DNA of 64,000 nucleotides from NCBI GenBank assembly GCA_036946295.1, contig JAQIJK010000002.1, forward strand, positions 122,350 through 186,349, written 5' to 3'. Position 1 is the first letter of the stretch; each line of letters starts with the position of its first letter. Shown here in pieces: positions 1-13,139 of this stretch. This DNA comes from Methylobacterium frigidaeris (lineage in GTDB: Bacteria; Pseudomonadota; Alphaproteobacteria; Rhizobiales; Beijerinckiaceae). The notes under the pieces were generated by a model. The model ran no database searches, was not told where the DNA came from, and was given only the letters and a program-made list of their open reading frames with translations. The position numbers and the translations under genes were made by a program.

Positions 1-269
1 GGGGGATACGTTCGGCGACGAGGCCGCGGCCGCCGGGGCGGAGCGGGCGAAACGAGCGCGGCCGTGCCTGCTCGCGGCCGCGACGGCGATTCTGTTCCTA
101 TAATTTCGAAAATGAAGCGCCCATTCGTGTCCACGCCGGTCGGGGCCTGTCGTGGGTCGCCACCATTCGGCCCCGGGCATCCCCGGAGTGGCGGCGGCGG
201 TGCGGGCACCCGCCCGCGCCGGACACGAGGGGACGGCCGATCTCGTCGTGCTTCGTCGAGCCGGTCGTC

Positions 270-376
270 TCATGCGGTTTCCGACTGATCGCTTCGCGAT
301 GCGGAAACCAGCTTCGCTCTGCGCCGCGCGGGCTGGTGACACGATGTCCGGAACTGATCGTCCGGAAATCGTGTCA
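270..376. repeat. Modular palindromic intergenic repeat, modules B+A
   Basis: TCATGCGGTTTCCGACTGATCGCTTCGCGATGCGGAAACCAGCTTCGCTC..CCGCGCGGGC, then 40-nt hairpin TGACACGATGTCCGGAA..TCCGGAAATCGTGTCA (337-376); recurs throughout the window. Confidence 0.85.
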
Positions 377-519
377 TCAGGGCCCGACTGCCTCGGGTGC
401 CGGTCGGTCCTCGCCCTCGTCCGGGCCCGGAAACGGGTGAGGCCGAGGTCCCCTCCCTGGAGGACGGCTGGCTGGCGGCATCGGAATCCGGGCGCCGAGG
501 ATCCCGGCGCATCCGGGCG

Positions 520-1707
520 TCACGGCCCGTCTCCCGACGGGACGTCGCCGAACCGCCACGCGCCCGTCCCGAGGCGGGGGGCCGCGCCGCCGAGGGCCAG
601 GGCACTGCGGGAGAAGGTGATGGGCGTGCGCAGGCCCGGGATTCCCTCCGGCTCGATCACGAGGCCGCGGGCGGCCACCTGCGGGTCGTGCAGCGCCTCG
701 GCCACGGTGTTGATCGGCCCGCCGGGGACGCCGGCGGCATCGAGGGCCGCGATGAGGCTCTCCCGCGTCTGCAGCACCGTTCGGCCCTCGATGAGCGCGC
801 ACAGCGCGGTGCGGTTCTCCACCCGCCGCGGATTCGTCGCGAAGGCGGGCTCCCGCGCGAGTTCCGGAAGATCCAGAACCCTGCACAGAGCCGCGAACTG
901 GCGGTCGTTGCCGCAGGCGATGATCAGATGTCCGTCCGAGGCCCGGAAAGCCTGATACGGGACGATGTTGGGGTGGGCATTGCCCATCCGGCGGGGGACG
1001 CCTCCCCCGGCCAGGAAGTTCATCGCCTGATTCGCCAGCACCGCGACCCCGCTGTCGAGCAGGGACAGGTCGACGTGCTGGCCGAGCCCCGAGCGTTCCC
1101 GCTCGGCGAGCGCCGCCTGGATGCCGACGACGCCGTAGAGGCCGGTGAAGATGTCGATCCAGGCGACGCCGACCTTCTGCGGCTCGCCGCCGGGGTCCCC
1201 CGTCAGATCCATGATCCCGCACAGGCCCTGGATCAGGAAGTCGTAGCCGGGTCTCGCGGAGCGCGGCCCGCTCTGGCCGAAGCCGGTCACGGAGGCGTAG
1301 ACGACGCGCGGATTCAGCGCGGCGACGCCGGCGTAGTCGAGGCCGAACTTCGCGAGGCCGCCGACCTTGAAGTTCTCGATCAGCACGTCGGCCGATCCGA
1401 TCAGGTGCTTGAGGCGCGCGAGATCGTCCGGGTCGCGGAAGTCGCAGGTGACGGACGTCTTGCCGCGATTGGCCGCGTGGAAATAGGCCGCCGCCACCTC
1501 GGGATCCCCGGAGGCGTCCGGCCGTTCGACGAAGGGCGGCCCCCAGAGCCGGGTGTCGTCGCCCTCGGGGCTCTCGACCTTGATCACCGTCGCGCCGAGA
1601 TCGGCCAGAGTCTGGCCGATCCAGGGACCGGCCAGGATGCGGGCGATCTCGACCACCTTCAGGCCGTGCAGGGGCGGGAGGCCGTTCGGCGCTGCCGTTC
1701 CGTTCAT
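520..1707 (-). CDS. CaiB/BaiF family III CoA transferase (likely succinyl-CoA:glutarate CoA transferase)
   Basis: LHGLKVVEIARILAGPW, VIKVESPEGDDTR, NRGKTS, ENFKVG, GYDFLIQGLCG; directly downstream of gcdH. Confidence 0.9.
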   Translation of the reverse strand: MNGTAAPNGLPPLHGLKVVEIARILAGPWIGQTLADLGATVIKVESPEGDDTRLWGPPFVERPDASGDPEVAAAYFHAANRGKTSVTCDFRDPDDLARLKHLIGSADVLIENFKVGGLAKFGLDYAGVAALNPRVVYASVTGFGQSGPRSARPGYDFLIQGLCGIMDLTGDPGGEPQKVGVAWIDIFTGLYGVVGIQAALAERERSGLGQHVDLSLLDSGVAVLANQAMNFLAGGGVPRRMGNAHPNIVPYQAFRASDGHLIIACGNDRQFAALCRVLDLPELAREPAFATNPRRVENRTALCALIEGRTVLQTRESLIAALDAAGVPGGPINTVAEALHDPQVAARGLVIEPEGIPGLRTPITFSRSALALGGAAPRLGTGAWRFGDVPSGDGP

Positions 1708-1726
1708 GACCGCGCGCTCCTCTCGA

Positions 1727-2941
1727 TCAGAAGGCGGACAGGTCGGTCTGCGCCCGGCCGAGGATCAGGGCGTGGACGTCGTGGGTGCCCTCGTAGGTGT
1801 TCACCGTCTCGAGGTTCTGGGCGTGGCGCATCACGTGGTACTCGATCTGGATGCCATTGCCGCCGTGCATGTCGCGGGCCTCGCGGGCGATGGCCAGCGC
1901 CTTGCCGCAATTGTTGCGCTTGACCAGGGAGACCATTTCCGGCGCGAAGCGGTGCTCGTCCATCAGGCGGCCGACGCGCAGGCTGGCCTGCAACCCCAGG
2001 GCGATCTCGGTCTGCATGTCGGCGAGCTTCCTCTGGTAGAGCTGGGTCGCCGCGAGAGGGCGGCCGAACTGCCTGCGGTCGAGGCCGTACTGGCGGGCGC
2101 GCCGCCAGCAATCCTCCGCCGCACCCATGGCCCCCCAGGAGATGCCGTAGCGCGCCCGGTTCAGGCAGCCGAACGGGCCGCCCATCCCCGAGACCTCCGG
2201 CAGCAGCGCCCCCTCGCCGACCTCGACGCCGTCCATGACGATCTCGCCGGTCACCGAGGCCCGCAGGGAGAGCTTGCCGGCGATCTTCGGGGCGGACAGG
2301 CCCTTCATCCCCTTCTCGAGGACGAAGCCCCGCACCTTGCCGCCGTGGGCGGCCGAGGTCGCCCACACCACGAAGACGTCGGCGATCGGCGAGTTGGAGA
2401 TCCACATCTTGGTGCCGGTCAGGCGATACCCGCCGTCGATGCGGACCGCCCTCGTCGTCATGCCGCCCGGATCCGAGCCCGCATCCGGTTCGGTGAGGCC
2501 GAAGCAGCCGATCCACTCGCCGGAGGCGAGCTTCGGCAGATACCGGCGCCGCTGCTCCTCCGAGCCGTAGGCGTAGATCGGGTACATCACCAGCGACGAC
2601 TGCACGCTCATCATCGAGCGGTAGCCGGAATCGACCCGCTCGACCTCGCGCGCGACGAGGCCGTAGGCGACGTAGGACGCGCCGGCGCCGCCATACTCCT
2701 CGGGGATCGACACGCCGAGGAGACCGGCCGCGCCGAGTTCCCGGAAGATGCCGGGATCCGTCCGCTCCTCCATGTAGTCCGCCTCGATCCGCGGCATCAG
2801 CGTCCCCGCGGCGAAGGCGGCCGCGGAGTCGCGGATCATCCGCTCCTCCTCGGTGAGCTGATCGTCGAGGAGGAACGGATCCGACCAGGCGAAGGCCGTC
2901 CGGCTCTGCGGGCGGGATCCGGGAGCGGGGGTGGTGGGCAT
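1727..2941 (-). CDS. gcdH: Glutaryl-CoA dehydrogenase
   Basis: [28 protein letters not shown]-terminal [19 protein letters not shown]; start placed at ATG 2941 inside ORF 1727..3946. Confidence 0.88.
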   Translation of the reverse strand: MPTTPAPGSRPQSRTAFAWSDPFLLDDQLTEEERMIRDSAAAFAAGTLMPRIEADYMEERTDPGIFRELGAAGLLGVSIPEEYGGAGASYVAYGLVAREVERVDSGYRSMMSVQSSLVMYPIYAYGSEEQRRRYLPKLASGEWIGCFGLTEPDAGSDPGGMTTRAVRIDGGYRLTGTKMWISNSPIADVFVVWATSAAHGGKVRGFVLEKGMKGLSAPKIAGKLSLRASVTGEIVMDGVEVGEGALLPEVSGMGGPFGCLNRARYGISWGAMGAAEDCWRRARQYGLDRRQFGRPLAATQLYQRKLADMQTEIALGLQASLRVGRLMDEHRFAPEMVSLVKRNNCGKALAIAREARDMHGGNGIQIEYHVMRHAQNLETVNTYEGTHDVHALILGRAQTDLSAF

Positions 2942-3031
2942 GGCGCGTCCTCCGTGGCCGAAAAGGCATGCTGATGGACCGCGTCTAGAGGAGGAGGCTC
3001 CCCGGGGTGAAACCCGGTTTGCACGTATGAA

Positions 3032-3048
3032 TATGCCTGTTACGCATA
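3032..3048. promoter_or_regulatory. LysR-type binding box between divergent gcdH and LysR gene
   Basis: TATGC-CTGTTAC-GCATA perfect dyad containing T-N11-A. Confidence 0.6.
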
Positions 3049-3052
3049 GTCG

Positions 3053-4012
3053 GTGACCCGCCCGCGCCGCTTCCTGCCCTCCCTCAGCCTGCTCTCCGCC
3101 TTCGAGGCGGTCCTGCGGAGCGGGTCGACCGCCGCCGCAGCCCGCGAGCTCCACCTCTCCCAGGGAGCGGTCAGCCGGCTGGTCCAGAACCTCGAACAGC
3201 AGCTCGGCCGGCCACTCTTCGAGCGGCAGAGGCGCCGGCTCGTCCCGACCGAGGCCGCCCGCGCCTACGGGCGCGACGTGACCCGGGCCCTCGATCTGAT
3301 CCAGCGCGGCAGCATGGAGTTCGTCGCCAATCCGGGCGGCGGCGTCCTGTCCCTCGCGATCCTGCCGGCCTTCGGCGCCCGCTGGCTCGCGCCGCGGCTC
3401 GGGCGCTTCGCGCTGTCGCATCCCGGCATCACGATCAATCTCGCGACGCGCCTCAAGCGCTTCAACTTCGCGGCGGAAGGCTTCGACGCGGCGATCCACT
3501 TCGGCACCGACGACTGGCGGGAGGCCGGGCACATGAAGCTGTTCGACGAGCGCCTGACGGCCTGCATCGCGCCGGAGCTGCTCGGGGCCCACCCGGTCGC
3601 GGAGGCGCGGGACGTGTGCGGCCTGCCCCTTCTTCGGATCGAGACCCGCCCCGCGGCGTGGGATCTCTGGTTCGCGGCCCAGGGCGGCACGGCGCCCGGC
3701 GGCGGCGGGATGCTCTTCGACCAGTTCGCTCCGATGATCCAGGCCGCCGCCGCGGGGCTCGGCGTCGCCCTGCTCCCGGACTATCTCGCGGAGCCGGAGC
3801 TCGCCGACGGACGGCTGCTGCCGCTGCTGCGCCCGTGCGTCGAGGGAACGGGCGCCTACTGGCTCGTCTGGCCGGCGACCCGCGCCAACTACCCGCCGCT
3901 CAAGGCGCTGCGCACCTGGCTCGGCAACGAGCTGGGCGCATCGCAACCCGGCACGGCGGCCCTCCCGGCACCGGCCGCCAGATCGGCGCGGCCGGCAGGC
4001 CGCGATCGCTGA
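3053..4012 (+). CDS. LysR family regulator (GcvA-like, GcdR-type position)
   Basis: [31 protein letters not shown]; [13 protein letters not shown]; divergent from gcdH. Confidence 0.9.
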   Translation: MTRPRRFLPSLSLLSAFEAVLRSGSTAAAARELHLSQGAVSRLVQNLEQQLGRPLFERQRRRLVPTEAARAYGRDVTRALDLIQRGSMEFVANPGGGVLSLAILPAFGARWLAPRLGRFALSHPGITINLATRLKRFNFAAEGFDAAIHFGTDDWREAGHMKLFDERLTACIAPELLGAHPVAEARDVCGLPLLRIETRPAAWDLWFAAQGGTAPGGGGMLFDQFAPMIQAAAAGLGVALLPDYLAEPELADGRLLPLLRPCVEGTGAYWLVWPATRANYPPLKALRTWLGNELGASQPGTAALPAPAARSARPAGRDR

Positions 4013-5258
4013 AGACGATGCAGGTCGGGCTTCCGGTCCGCGCCACCGTCACGCCTGCCGAGAGGGCTCCCGTGCCGGGATCGCGCGTGAAGCGCACGAT
4101 CGTGTCGCTGTCCTCGTTGGCCACGAAGAGGTGAAGGCCGGCCGGGTCCTGCGCGAAGAAGCGCGGCGTCTCGCCCTGCGTGCCGGTCCAGCCGACGGAG
4201 CGCAGCCGCCCGCTGCCGGGCTCGACCGCGAACGCCGCGACCGAGTCGTGCCCCCGGTTGGTCGCGTAGACGAAGCGGCCGTCCGGCGAGACCTCGATCT
4301 CGGCGGCCCGGCTGAAGCCGAGGAAGTCGTCCGGCAGCGCCGGGAGTTCCTGGATCGGGCGCAGCGCGCCGCTGCCGGGCTCGTAGCGGCAGGCCATCAC
4401 GGTCGAGGACAGCTCGTTCACCACGTAGGCGTAGGGACTGCTCGGATGAAACGCGATGTGGCGCGGCCCCTCGCCCTCCCGCGTCGCGGCGGGCCGCTCC
4501 GCGGCGGGGTGGAGCTTCCCCTCCCCGTCGAGGCGATAGGAGAGGATCAGGTCGAGCCCCTTGTCGGGGACGGCGACGAAGCGGCCGGCGGGATCGAACT
4601 GGACCTGATGCGGCTTCGCGAACGGCTGCTCGACCCGGTGCGGGCCGACCCTGCCGGAGATGGGGACGTGATCGACCACCTCGCCCAGCGCGCCGTCGGG
4701 GCCGAGGGCGAGCACGGCGAGACCCGAGACGAAGCCGTCGCGCGTGACGTGGTTGGCGACCAGGAGGTGTCGTCCGGACGGGTCGACGACGAGGTGGACC
4801 GGGTTCCTGCCCCGGCAGGACGCCTGGTTGACGAAGCTCAGGCGCCCGTCCGCGGCATCGACCCGGAAGGCGCTCACCTCGCCCGCGTCGCCATGCACGG
4901 TGTAGAGCATGCGCCGCCCGTGGTCGAAGGCGAGGAAGGACGGGTTCGTCAACCCGTCGAGCAGCTGGATCCGCTCCCAGGCGCTGCCGTCGTCCGGGAC
5001 CCGGTAGACCGCGATGCCGTCCCCGCGGGCGTTGCGCGCCCGGGTCGTGCGGCAACCGACATAGGCGAGAGCGGCCCGGGAACGCGGGCGGGCCGGGCTG
5101 GATCGGGGCGTCATCGGCAGATCCTCCATGGGCATCGTCGAGGAGGCGGCGTGCGCCGTCCGGGGCGGGGCGGCCAGCAGGCCGGCGGCCATCAGGGCGA
5201 GCGCGGCGCGCCGGGGCACCGCCCGCGCGTCCCGGCCCCCGGCCGGGTGCTCGATCAT
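3900..5258 (-). CDS. Lactonase family beta-propeller protein (6-phosphogluconolactonase/cycloisomerase-like) with twin-arginine-like leader
   Basis: [53 protein letters not shown]; leader [17 protein letters not shown]. Confidence 0.85.
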   Translation of the reverse strand: MIEHPAGGRDARAVPRRAALALMAAGLLAAPPRTAHAASSTMPMEDLPMTPRSSPARPRSRAALAYVGCRTTRARNARGDGIAVYRVPDDGSAWERIQLLDGLTNPSFLAFDHGRRMLYTVHGDAGEVSAFRVDAADGRLSFVNQASCRGRNPVHLVVDPSGRHLLVANHVTRDGFVSGLAVLALGPDGALGEVVDHVPISGRVGPHRVEQPFAKPHQVQFDPAGRFVAVPDKGLDLILSYRLDGEGKLHPAAERPAATREGEGPRHIAFHPSSPYAYVVNELSSTVMACRYEPGSGALRPIQELPALPDDFLGFSRAAEIEVSPDGRFVYATNRGHDSVAAFAVEPGSGRLRSVGWTGTQGETPRFFAQDPAGLHLFVANEDSDTIVRFTRDPGTGALSAGVTVARTGSPTCIVFSDRGLPAAPIWRPVPGGPPCRVAMRPARCRARCAAP

Positions 5259-5386
5259 CGTCTCCTCCCCGATATGCTTTTTATCATCATAAACCACGTG
5301 TTTCGACGTCCCGCAAGCGGCGAGGTGGACGGAGTGCCGCCCGGAAGGCACAGGAGGCGGGAGAATTCGTCGATGGATGCGCCCCG

Positions 5387-6279
5387 ATGCCGAGGCCCAG
5401 TCTCGTTCCGCAGGTGACCGCACTGATCCTGGAGCAGATCCGCGACGGCCGGCTGGTGCCGGGCCAGCGCCTGCCGAGTCAGGTGCTGGCGGACGGCTTC
5501 CGCCTCTCGCGTGCGCCGGTCACCGCGGCTCTGAGGGCGCTGGAGGAGCGGGGGCCCTCGTCCGCTCCGAGCCGAACCGCGGCTACTTCCTCGCCGACGA
5601 CGCGCCGCGCCTGCTCCAGGACGGCGCGCCCGAGCAGGCCGCCGCGGAGACGGAGGACGCCCTCTACCTCCGCATCGCCGAGGATCGCCTGGAGGGCCGC
5701 CTGTCGGACCGGATCAGCGAGGCGGAGCTGATGCGGCTCTACGAGGTGCCCCGCCTGCGGCTGGCCAAGATCCTCTACCGGATCGCCGAGGAGGGCTGGG
5801 CCGAGCGGCTTCCCGGCAACGGCTGGGCCTTCCGTCCGATGCTCACCTCCCGGGAATCCTACGAGCAGTCCTACCGGTTCCGGGCCGCGATCGAGTCGGA
5901 GGCCCTGCGCCAGCCCGGCTACGCGATCGACGCCGCGGCGTTCGCCGCCGCCCGCGAGGAGCAGTCCTTCATCGAGCGCGAGGGCTGCCGGACGATGGCG
6001 CGCGCCGACCTGTTCCGGGCCAACGCCGCGTTCCACGAGATGCTGGTCGCCGGCTCGGGCAACGAGTTCTTCCTCGAATCGCTCCGGCGGGTGAACCGGC
6101 TGCGGCGGCTGATCGAGTACCGGGTCACGCTCGACCGGAGCCGCCTGCCGCGCCAGTCGCGCGAGCACCTCACGATCCTCGACCTGCTCGGCCAGGGCCA
6201 GCGCGAGGCCGCCGCGGTCTTCCTGCGCCAGCACATCCTGGGCGCGAGCGCGATCAAGAGTCCGCAACTGGCCGGGTGA
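5387..6279 (+). pseudogene. GntR family regulator (two HTH + FCD) split by a single-base frameshift near 5550-5557
   Basis: ORF 5387 gives the N-terminal HTH (LPSQVLADGFRLSRAPV..LEERG); the protein continues in frame 5377 (LVRSEPNRGYF..FCD); switch lies in a G5C3 run. Confidence 0.75.
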
Positions 6280-6399
6280 TCGGATCCGAATTGCATTTAA
6301 AGATCATATAATGTAGTAACCCGCATCGCCGTCCACGGGCCGCCCAGAGCCTGACCCGGCCCGTCCCCAGAGGATCGACTCCCAGAGGAGGAAACGACG

Positions 6400-7722
6400 A
6401 TGCAGGCCCCCGACATGGCGGCGCTGGAGCGCTCGACCACGCGCAAGGTGTTCTGGCGCATCATCCCCTACACCTTCGTGCTCTACGTGATCTCGTACCT
6501 GGACCGGGCCAATCTCGGCTACGCGGCGCTCCAGATGAACAGGGAGCTCGCGCTCACCAGCGAGGCGTTCGGCTTCGCGGCGGGCATCTTCTTCATCGGC
6601 TACTTCCTGTTCGAGGTGCCGAGCAACGTGGCGCTCGACAGGTTCGGCGCCCGCGCCTGGATCTCCCGGATCCTGATCACCTGGGGCATCATCGCGACGC
6701 TCACCGCCTTCGTGCAGAACGCGACGCAGCTCTACATCCTGCGCTTCCTGCTCGGCGTCGCCGAGGCCGGTTTCTTTCCCGGCATCATCATCTACCTGAC
6801 CTACTGGTTCCGGGCGAAGGAGCAGGCCACGACGGTCGCCTTCTTCACCGCGGCGATCCCCGTCTCCTACCTGCTCGGCGCCCCGCTCTCGACCTGGATC
6901 ATGGACCACTTCTCCGGGTTCGGCCTGTCGGGCTGGCGCTGGATGCTGCTCCTGGAAGGTCTGCCGGCGGTGATCGCCGGGCTGCTCAACTACTTCATCA
7001 TGACCGACAGGCCCGAGCAGGCGCGCTGGCTCAAGCCGGCGGAGCGCGACTGGCTCGTGGGAGAGCTGCGCAAGGACCAGGCGGCCCGGCGCGACGCGAA
7101 GCATCTCGGCCTGTGGGCGGCCATCACCAACCCGAAGGTGCTGTTCCTCTCCGGCGTCTACTTCATCTACCAGGTCGGCAACCTCGGCATCGGCATGTGG
7201 ATGCCGCAGATCATCAAGGGCATGTCGAGCGGCCTCACCAACTTCCAGGTCGGCCTGATCGCGATGATCCCCTACGCCTTCGCGACCGTCGCGATGGTGC
7301 TGTGGTCGAAGAACTCCGACCGGACGGGCGAGCGCCAGAAGCACACCGCCCTTCCGCTGCTGGTGGGCGCCGCCGCCCTCGCCGCGACCGGCCTCGCCGT
7401 CAGCCCGGCCGCCGCGCTCGCCCTGATCTCGATCGCGCTCGCCGGGATCTACGCCTTCAAGTCGCCGTTCTGGTCGCTGCCGGGGCTGTTCCTCACCCGC
7501 TCGACCGCGGCCGTGTCGATCGCCGCCATCAACTCGATCGGCAATCTTGGCGGCTTCGCCGGCCCCTACGCCATCGGCTACATCAAGGACTGGACCGGCA
7601 GCGCCCTCGGCGGCCTGCTGTTCCTCTCGGGCCTGCTGTTCCTGTCGTTCCTGATGACGTGGTTCGCCCGGATGGCGAACCGTCCCGAGACCGCCGCGCG
7701 GGCCGAGGTCGCGCGCGCCTGA
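6400..7722 (+). CDS. MFS transporter, ACS family (TtuB/phthalate-like organic acid transporter)
   Basis: SYLDRANLGYA, GIFFIGYFLFEVPSN, RFLLGVAEAGFFPG, INSIGNLGGF. Confidence 0.92.
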   Translation: MQAPDMAALERSTTRKVFWRIIPYTFVLYVISYLDRANLGYAALQMNRELALTSEAFGFAAGIFFIGYFLFEVPSNVALDRFGARAWISRILITWGIIATLTAFVQNATQLYILRFLLGVAEAGFFPGIIIYLTYWFRAKEQATTVAFFTAAIPVSYLLGAPLSTWIMDHFSGFGLSGWRWMLLLEGLPAVIAGLLNYFIMTDRPEQARWLKPAERDWLVGELRKDQAARRDAKHLGLWAAITNPKVLFLSGVYFIYQVGNLGIGMWMPQIIKGMSSGLTNFQVGLIAMIPYAFATVAMVLWSKNSDRTGERQKHTALPLLVGAAALAATGLAVSPAAALALISIALAGIYAFKSPFWSLPGLFLTRSTAAVSIAAINSIGNLGGFAGPYAIGYIKDWTGSALGGLLFLSGLLFLSFLMTWFARMANRPETAARAEVARA

Positions 7723-7761
7723 GGCGCCGCGTCCCGCCCCCGGCTTCACAGAGGTAGCGTC

Positions 7762-10389
<2,628 letters not shown>

Positions 10390-10392
<3 letters not shown>

Positions 10393-10616
10393 GCAGGTTT
10401 CGCAGAAGCGGTTGGCGGTCTCGCGACGGAAACCCGCGACACGATCATACGATTTCCGTTTGATCGCTTCAGGCGATCCCTGCGGGATCGTGGCGATTGC
10501 TGCGCAATCGCTTTCGCGATGAGGAAATCGGCTTCGCTCAGCTGCGTGGAGCCTTCGGCTCCACCGCGCGGGCCGGTGATACGATTGTCGGAACTGATCA
10601 TCCGCAAACCGTATCA
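10390..10616. repeat. Modular palindromic repeat, modules C+B+A, starting at the aconitase stop codon
   Basis: TGA(stop)-GCAGGTTT..AAACCCGC (10393-10437), B module with nested hairpins, A hairpin TGATACG..CGTATCA (10577-10616). Confidence 0.85.
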
Positions 10617-10989
10617 CCTGAGCGGACGAGGCGTTGGCCTGCCAGCGCAAGCCCGCTCGGCGGTGCCGGGCAGGGCCGCGCGGGGCAGCCCTGCCGAGGT
10701 CCCTGCTCGCGCCTCGTGGCCGCAGAAGCGCCGGCCGTGAGCGGCCGGTTTCCGGCCGGGCGCGTCTCGAATCCCGATCACGATATCCTCGGAAAACCCG
10801 AGCCCGGGCGGGCCTCCGCCCGACGTGCTCCTGACGACAAAGCAAGTATTCCTGACGCTATCGGCTTCGTGCCGGTCGCCATCATGATGTGCGGTCTACA
10901 AGTTCCGACCGACAACGAGCCTCGAGGTACTTTTCCGGCTCAGTGTTGTGAATTTCATATGATCGTTAATCGATTGCGCGCGAGAGCTC

Positions 10990-11361
10990 ATGATTGTTGC
11001 TTCGCGACGGCGCATGATCATTCAGCGCAGTTTGGCGAACAAGCTCATGTTCGCCGTCGGGGCCTCGATAAGCGTCACCGTGATAGGTTTCCTCGGCGCC
11101 CTCGTTCTGCTCATCGTCATGCTGACGATCTTCACGGCGACGAAAGCCCTGATCGACCGGCCTCTGAGGCGATCGACCCAGATGATCGAGGCGCTGATCG
11201 ACCGGCGCTACGACGTGACGATCCACGCTCTGCGGTGCGGCGCGTCCCGGCCATGCGGTCCCGATCTCCCGAAGGCCGGGGATGGAAGCGTGGCCGATTG
11301 CAACATCACGTTGAGCAGGTATGAAATCACACTGATCGCGAGCAACAAAATTGCTCTATGA
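10990..11361 (+). pseudogene. Remnant of methyl-accepting chemotaxis/sensor protein (TM + partial HAMP)
   Basis: SLANKLMFAVG + hydrophobic stretch + RPLRRSTQMIEALIDRRYDVTI HAMP-like segment, then unrecognisable sequence. Confidence 0.45.
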
Positions 11362-11366
11362 TGGTT
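11342..11366 (+). promoter_or_regulatory. Putative sigma-EcfG promoter upstream of LOV kinase
   Basis: GCAAC-N17-GTT, one mismatch to GGAAC-N17-GTT, 56 nt before the TTG start. Confidence 0.45.
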
Positions 11367-11421
11367 CTCGGTGTGCCCGGCGCATCCCAATCCCCGCGAT
11401 CGTAGAGGAGCCGACGAAGCC

Positions 11422-12879
11422 TTGACCGATCGCCACGAGCAGACCCGCATCGGCGCGGAACTCACCCGGGTTGCACCGAGCTCCGATCCGTTCGCCGCCG
11501 CCGTGCGGGCGACGCGGATGCCGATGCTGATCACCGACCCCAATCAGCCGGACAACCCCATCGTCTTCGTCAACACGGCGTTCTCCAGGCTGACCGGTTA
11601 CGCACACGGCGAAATCCTGGGGCGCAACTGCCGGTTCCTGCAGGGTCCGGAGACGAACAGGCAGGACGTCGCCCGCATCCGCGACGCGGTCGAACGGCGC
11701 ATGCCGGTCGAGATCGAACTGCTCAATCACAAGAAGAACGGCGAGGTGTTCTGGAATCGCCTGCTCATCTCACCCGTCTTCGATGACGATGGGCATCTCA
11801 CCTACTTCTTCGCATCGCAGTTCGACGTGACCCTGGAGAGGGACCGGCTCGTCCGCCTGCAGCAGGACCGGGACGCGCTGGAAGCCGAGGTGGTACGCCG
11901 CACCGACGACCTGACCCGGGCCGAGGAGCGGTTGCGCTTCATGCTCAAGGCCGGCCGCTTCGGCACGTGGTCGCTCGACCTGGCCGACCGGCGGCTGGTC
12001 GCCTCCGACCTGTGCAAGGAGAACTTCGGCCGCCCGGCCAGGGAGCCGTTCTCCTACGCCGACCTGCTTTCCGCCATCGATCCGGCCGACGTGGCCTGGG
12101 TCAAGGATGCCGTCCGGCGATCGATCGAGGAGCATACCGAGTACGGGGTCGAATGCCGCGTCAGGACTCCGAAGGGCGAGACCCGCTGGGTCGAGATGCG
12201 CGGGCAGACCTACTACCGGGCCGATGGCAGCCCCCTGAGCATGGCGGGCGTGACCATCGACGTCACCGAGCGCAAGCGCGGCGAGGAGCACCGGAGCCTG
12301 CTGGCGGACGAACTGCACCACCGGGTCAAGAACTCGATGGCGACCATGCAGTCCATCGCCCACCAGACCCTGCGCAATGCCGCCTCGCTGGACGAGGCGC
12401 AGACCACGCTCGACGCGCGCCTGCGCTCGCTGTCGGCGGCGCACGACATCCTGACGCGGGAGAGCTGGGAGGGTGCGACGTTGGCGGAGATCGTGGAGGA
12501 GGCCCTGCGGCCGTTCCGCATGAGCGACGGTCGGCGGTTCAGGACCGGCGGGCCGGACGTCCGTCTGTCGCCGCGGCTGGCTCTGGCCTTCGTGATGGCG
12601 CTGCACGAGCTGGCGACCAACGCGGTGAAGTACGGTGCGCTGTCGAACGACCGCGGCCGGGTGATCCTCGACTGGGACATCGTGGACGGGATGAAGCCCG
12701 ACCGTCTCTGGCTGCGCTGGGAGGAGATCGGCGGGCCGCCGGTCACCCCGCCGACCCGCAAGGGGTTCGGATCGCGAATGATCGAGCGGGTGCTGGCCGC
12801 CGAGATCGGCGGCGCTGCCGAGGTCGACTATCGCCCGCGGGGTGCCGTGTTCACCCTGGAGGCGCCGCTGCCCGAGTGA
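11422..12879 (+). CDS. Blue-light LOV-PAS-HWE histidine kinase
   Basis: GRNCRFLQG with photoactive Cys; second PAS; ELHHRVKN H-box, ELATNAVKYG, WEE and GFG; RBS GAGGAG before TTG 11422. Confidence 0.92.
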   Translation: MTDRHEQTRIGAELTRVAPSSDPFAAAVRATRMPMLITDPNQPDNPIVFVNTAFSRLTGYAHGEILGRNCRFLQGPETNRQDVARIRDAVERRMPVEIELLNHKKNGEVFWNRLLISPVFDDDGHLTYFFASQFDVTLERDRLVRLQQDRDALEAEVVRRTDDLTRAEERLRFMLKAGRFGTWSLDLADRRLVASDLCKENFGRPAREPFSYADLLSAIDPADVAWVKDAVRRSIEEHTEYGVECRVRTPKGETRWVEMRGQTYYRADGSPLSMAGVTIDVTERKRGEEHRSLLADELHHRVKNSMATMQSIAHQTLRNAASLDEAQTTLDARLRSLSAAHDILTRESWEGATLAEIVEEALRPFRMSDGRRFRTGGPDVRLSPRLALAFVMALHELATNAVKYGALSNDRGRVILDWDIVDGMKPDRLWLRWEEIGGPPVTPPTRKGFGSRMIERVLAAEIGGAAEVDYRPRGAVFTLEAPLPE

Positions 12880-13017
12880 TGCGGTTCTGGGACGATCGGT
12901 TCCGGGAACCTTATCGAAGCCCGCGCGGCGCGTAAGCGAAGCCGGTTTCCGCATCGCGAAAGCGATGGCGCAGGGATCGCCACGATCCCGCGGGGATCGC
13001 CGAGCGATCGACCGGAC
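12877..13017. repeat. Modular palindromic repeat, module A + inverted B, starting at LOV kinase stop codon
   Basis: TGA(stop)TGCGGTTCTGGGA..TCCGGGAACCTTATCG then GCCCGCGCGG..AGCGAAGCCGGTTTCCGCATCGCGAAAGCGA. Confidence 0.85.
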
Positions 13018-13139
13018 AGCGGCTTCGCCCGCGGGGAGAGAAGGTGCACCAGCCGACGCGCCCATCCTCGACCCCGGGCGCCACACGCATCCCGGGATAG
13101 ATGGGGCCGCGGCCCCACTCCGGGAGAGTCAGCTTCCGC

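Noticed and set aside
60-265. Riboswitch/ncRNA in first 265 nt
   Set aside because: GC-rich hairpins only; no known consensus recognised.
5545-5560. Programmed ribosomal frameshift in GntR
   Set aside because: No canonical slippery heptamer or stimulator; mutation or sequencing error is simpler.
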